Shown here in pieces: positions 61,550-64,000 of a stretch of DNA of 64,000 nucleotides (its first letter is position 1; every line of letters starts with the position of its first letter). This DNA comes from an uncultured Acidimicrobiia bacterium. GTDB taxonomy: Bacteria; Actinomycetota; Acidimicrobiia; Spongiisociales; UBA5794. The DNA is taken from NCBI GenBank assembly GCA_963714375.1, contig CAVQOG010000008.1:413171-477170 (forward strand), read 5' to 3'. Position numbers and translations under genes: made by a program. The notes under the pieces are model-generated. The model did not search any database and was not told where the DNA came from. It saw nothing but the letters and a program-made list of their open reading frames with translations.

Positions 61550-64000
61550 ATGGCTGTGCAATACGATCCCGACCTCGAGAGTCTGTTCCGTGAGGAACTC
61601 ACTGAACGGGCGTCATCCCTGGCCGAAGGCGCCAAGGCCGTCATCGACGGCCAGGTGACCATCGAGCTCGCAGGGCGTATGGTGCGCGAGGGCCACACCA
61701 TCAAGGGCACCGGTCGGGTCATGGGACACGAGGTGATCGCCAGGGGAGGCGAGACATGTGAGGTTGTGTGGCGTTGGATCCAACACGGTGAGGTCCAACC
61801 CGCTGTGATGCTCGGAAGGGCACTCAGTCTCTTGGTTGAGGCGCTACCGGATGCCTTGGGCGGCGATCCCGATGGGGTGTCCGGTGCGATTGAGGCAATT
61901 CGAACCCTGATCGCGGAACCTGCCAGACTCGCCGAGCTGCCAGAGCCGATGTATGCAGAACCAGCCGAGGTGAAGACGTACGACGTACACCTGACATCAG
62001 ACGTCGGACAACAGACGTCGGACGTCGGACCGAGAGACTCCGAGGACGAACCGCCATCCGATGACGATCCGCCGCCTTCCGATGATGTACCACCGACGTC
62101 CGACGTCCGACGTCCGACGTCCGATATTGAAGCGCCGACGTCCGATGAAGGACCGCCTTCCGATGATGGAATACCGACGTCCGACGTCCGACGTCCGACG
62201 TCCGACGAACCGCCGACCTCCGACGACGAATCGTTCGACAGCCTGGTGTTCGAGCCAGGCCCCGATGGCAAGCTCCGGATGCCTGTCGTCACCATTGAGA
62301 TCGTTAGATCTGCCTTCGCGGGCGGAGCAGGGCACGCTGCGGCTGCTCATCGCACACAGCCCGATGAGCTAGCCGCCGCTGCCCGACCTGTGCATGTATC
62401 CGACCCCTTGGGGAGAATCGACGGGGAAATCGACGGGGAAATCGACATCTCGTTCCTCGACATTGAAGGGTTGACGCTCGACGGTGACGCGATCCCGGTC
62501 TATGGACTGGGGGGTCTCGCCAGTGCCGTCGAAGCGTGGGCCGCCGAGGAGTCAGTTCCTGTCAATGCGGGCCGGTTGTATCGAATGATCAATGATGCCG
62601 CGGCCCTCCGCATGGATCTGCAGTCTCTCAGCACGCACGCTGGTCACGTTCTCCAGACCGCCGAGGCGAAGTCGATTCCCGCAGCCGAAGGCGCGCTTGA
62701 GGCGATCGAAACTGCAAGACGCTCGTCGTTGGAACTTGAGAACCGTGCCTTGGGGTTGACCTCCCTCTCCATGGAATCCACCTTGTCAACGCTTCCGCAA
62801 GTGATGAAGTACCTCGCCAAGAAGTGTCAAAAGCGTGTTGAGCTTGTCGTGACAGGTGAAGAGACCATTGTTGATAGGCAGTTGGTTGATCGCGTCGGTG
62901 AAGTCGTACGCCAGTTGATGGTGAATGCGGTCGTACACGGAATCGAGCCTCACGACGACCGCGTTCGAGCAGGCAAGTCTTCAAGAGGAACCGTCTCCAT
63001 AGGGTTTGAAAGCGACGGACAGCACGTGACGATCGAGGTGGCTGACGATGGAGCCGGCATCGACTGGACGGCGGTACGAGAAACCGCGTTGGGGCTCGGG
63101 CTCGTGGAAGGTGACCCAACGTCAGAGGAGTTGCGGTCTGCATTGTTCTCCGAAGGGTTCTCAACGAACCCGCAATCATCTGAGTTCACAAGCGAAGGAG
63201 ATGGACTGTGGCGCATCTCCCAGATCGTCGAAGAGGTGTATGGGTCGCTTGCAATGACGTCGTCGTCTGACGGCGTGGCGTTCACGATCACCATCCCGGC
63301 GCACCGTGCCCTCCAAAGAGCCCAGCTCTTCGAGGCTGGCGGTCGTTCTTGGGGTCTTCCGGCGGTAACTGTTGTCGGGTCGGTTCCCATCGGCGATGTT
63401 GAGATCGAGGTCTCGGAGCGAGGCTCAACGATCGCCTTCGACGATGGGCGGATTCCGTACTCATCTTTCGCGACGGTTGCGGGACTCGATGTTGAGGGCA
63501 TGCCATCTGAGGTAATGATCATTCAGTGTCCCATTGGTCCGATTGCGCTTGCAGTCGACAAGATGCTCGATGTCCAGGAGGTCGTCACGAAGGATCTGGG
63601 TCCGCTCCTGTCCGGATCCACTGTGGTCACCGGAGTGGCACTTCTCGGCGGCGATGACACTGTGCTGCTTGTTGATGCCGGGCGTCTTGCGTCGAACCTT
63701 CAGGACGACGAAACTCGAGCGTCGGGACCGGTCAGCACAGTGCTGGTCGTCGACGACAGCCAAGGAGTTCGCCAGGTCGTGTCCGGTGTGCTTGCATCAC
63801 ACGGGTTTGCAACGCTCTCGGCAGGTTCGGTCGCGGAAGCTCTGTCGGTGCTCGGTGAGAGCACGATCGATGCGTTGGTCGTTGATTTCTCGATGCCCCG
63901 GGCCGATGGTGTGGCTCTTATCCACCTTGTTCGACAACGATACGGGAGTATTCCGATCGTGATGCTGTCGGGCGTGGCGTCTGAGGAGGACAAGGAGCGC
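61550..64000 (+). CDS. CheA-like hybrid histidine kinase (Hpt-linker-HATPase-CheW-REC), 3' end beyond the window, missing from the ORF track
   Basis: Hand translation is open to 64000: Hpt GHTIKG, N-box QLMVNAVVHGIE, ADDGAGID, LFSEGFST, a CheW-like segment, and REC VLVVDDS...DFSMP...IVMLSG. Confidence 0.88.
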   Translation, partial: MAVQYDPDLESLFREELTERASSLAEGAKAVIDGQVTIELAGRMVREGHTIKGTGRVMGHEVIARGGETCEVVWRWIQHGEVQPAVMLGRALSLLVEALPDALGGDPDGVSGAIEAIRTLIAEPARLAELPEPMYAEPAEVKTYDVHLTSDVGQQTSDVGPRDSEDEPPSDDDPPPSDDVPPTSDVRRPTSDIEAPTSDEGPPSDDGIPTSDVRRPTSDEPPTSDDESFDSLVFEPGPDGKLRMPVVTIEIVRSAFAGGAGHAAAAHRTQPDELAAAARPVHVSDPLGRIDGEIDGEIDISFLDIEGLTLDGDAIPVYGLGGLASAVEAWAAEESVPVNAGRLYRMINDAAALRMDLQSLSTHAGHVLQTAEAKSIPAAEGALEAIETARRSSLELENRALGLTSLSMESTLSTLPQVMKYLAKKCQKRVELVVTGEETIVDRQLVDRVGEVVRQLMVNAVVHGIEPHDDRVRAGKSSRGTVSIGFESDGQHVTIEVADDGAGIDWTAVRETALGLGLVEGDPTSEELRSALFSEGFSTNPQSSEFTSEGDGLWRISQIVEEVYGSLAMTSSSDGVAFTITIPAHRALQRAQLFEAGGRSWGLPAVTVVGSVPIGDVEIEVSERGSTIAFDDGRIPYSSFATVAGLDVEGMPSEVMIIQCPIGPIALAVDKMLDVQEVVTKDLGPLLSGSTVVTGVALLGGDDTVLLVDAGRLASNLQDDETRASGPVSTVLVVDDSQGVRQVVSGVLASHGFATLSAGSVAEALSVLGESTIDALVVDFSMPRADGVALIHLVRQRYGSIPIVMLSGVASEEDKER
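61997..62207. repeat. Three 7-bp arrays (both orientations) inside the CheA-like linker
   Basis: 61997-62031: tcagacg tcggaca acagacg tcggacg tcggacc. 62092-62126 and 62173-62207: accgacg plus tccgacg runs. Confidence 0.88.

Noticed and set aside
61516-62295. Minus-strand ORFs reading through arrays (also 33274-33765, 53943-54380, 50905-51183) as real proteins
   Set aside because: They are translations of the repeats (RRTSDV..., SEVRSQ...) and lie antisense to or across well-supported genes.

Overview
Core-genome window from a high-GC bacterium (roughly 60% G+C by eye). It is almost certainly Actinomycetota and probably Acidimicrobiia. That call is an inference from the actinobacterial-type RpoC insertion, the GuaB3 gene, and the conserved order rplQ-truA-rplM-rpsI-glmM-glmS-nnr-alr-tsaEB-rimI-tsaD-groES-groEL-guaB3-guaA. 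The window holds the end of rpoB, rpoC, the str, S10, spc and alpha ribosomal clusters, cell-wall, tRNA-modification and chaperone genes, cimA, trpS, guaB3, guaA and a CheA-like hybrid kinase that runs off the right edge. No rRNA, tRNA, CRISPR array, transposase or integrase was seen. Main non-routine signals: (1) about 21 phased 7-bp tandem arrays of mixed unit sequence, sitting at gene 3' ends and in frame inside rplD, rpsC, an M50 protease and the CheA linker; (2) a near-leaderless Thr/Ile-rich leader peptide (MIKTATTIIIT) with terminator and antiterminator upstream of cimA; (3) a tuf gene whose third codon positions are almost free of C and A, with sharp boundaries; (4) a glmS ribozyme; (5) two inverted copies of a 55-bp REP-like element; (6) a 6.3-kb accessory block where infA normally lies; (7) tandem TTGTGA-N6-TCACAA operators. 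All coordinates, counts and pairings were read by hand and no database searches were run.
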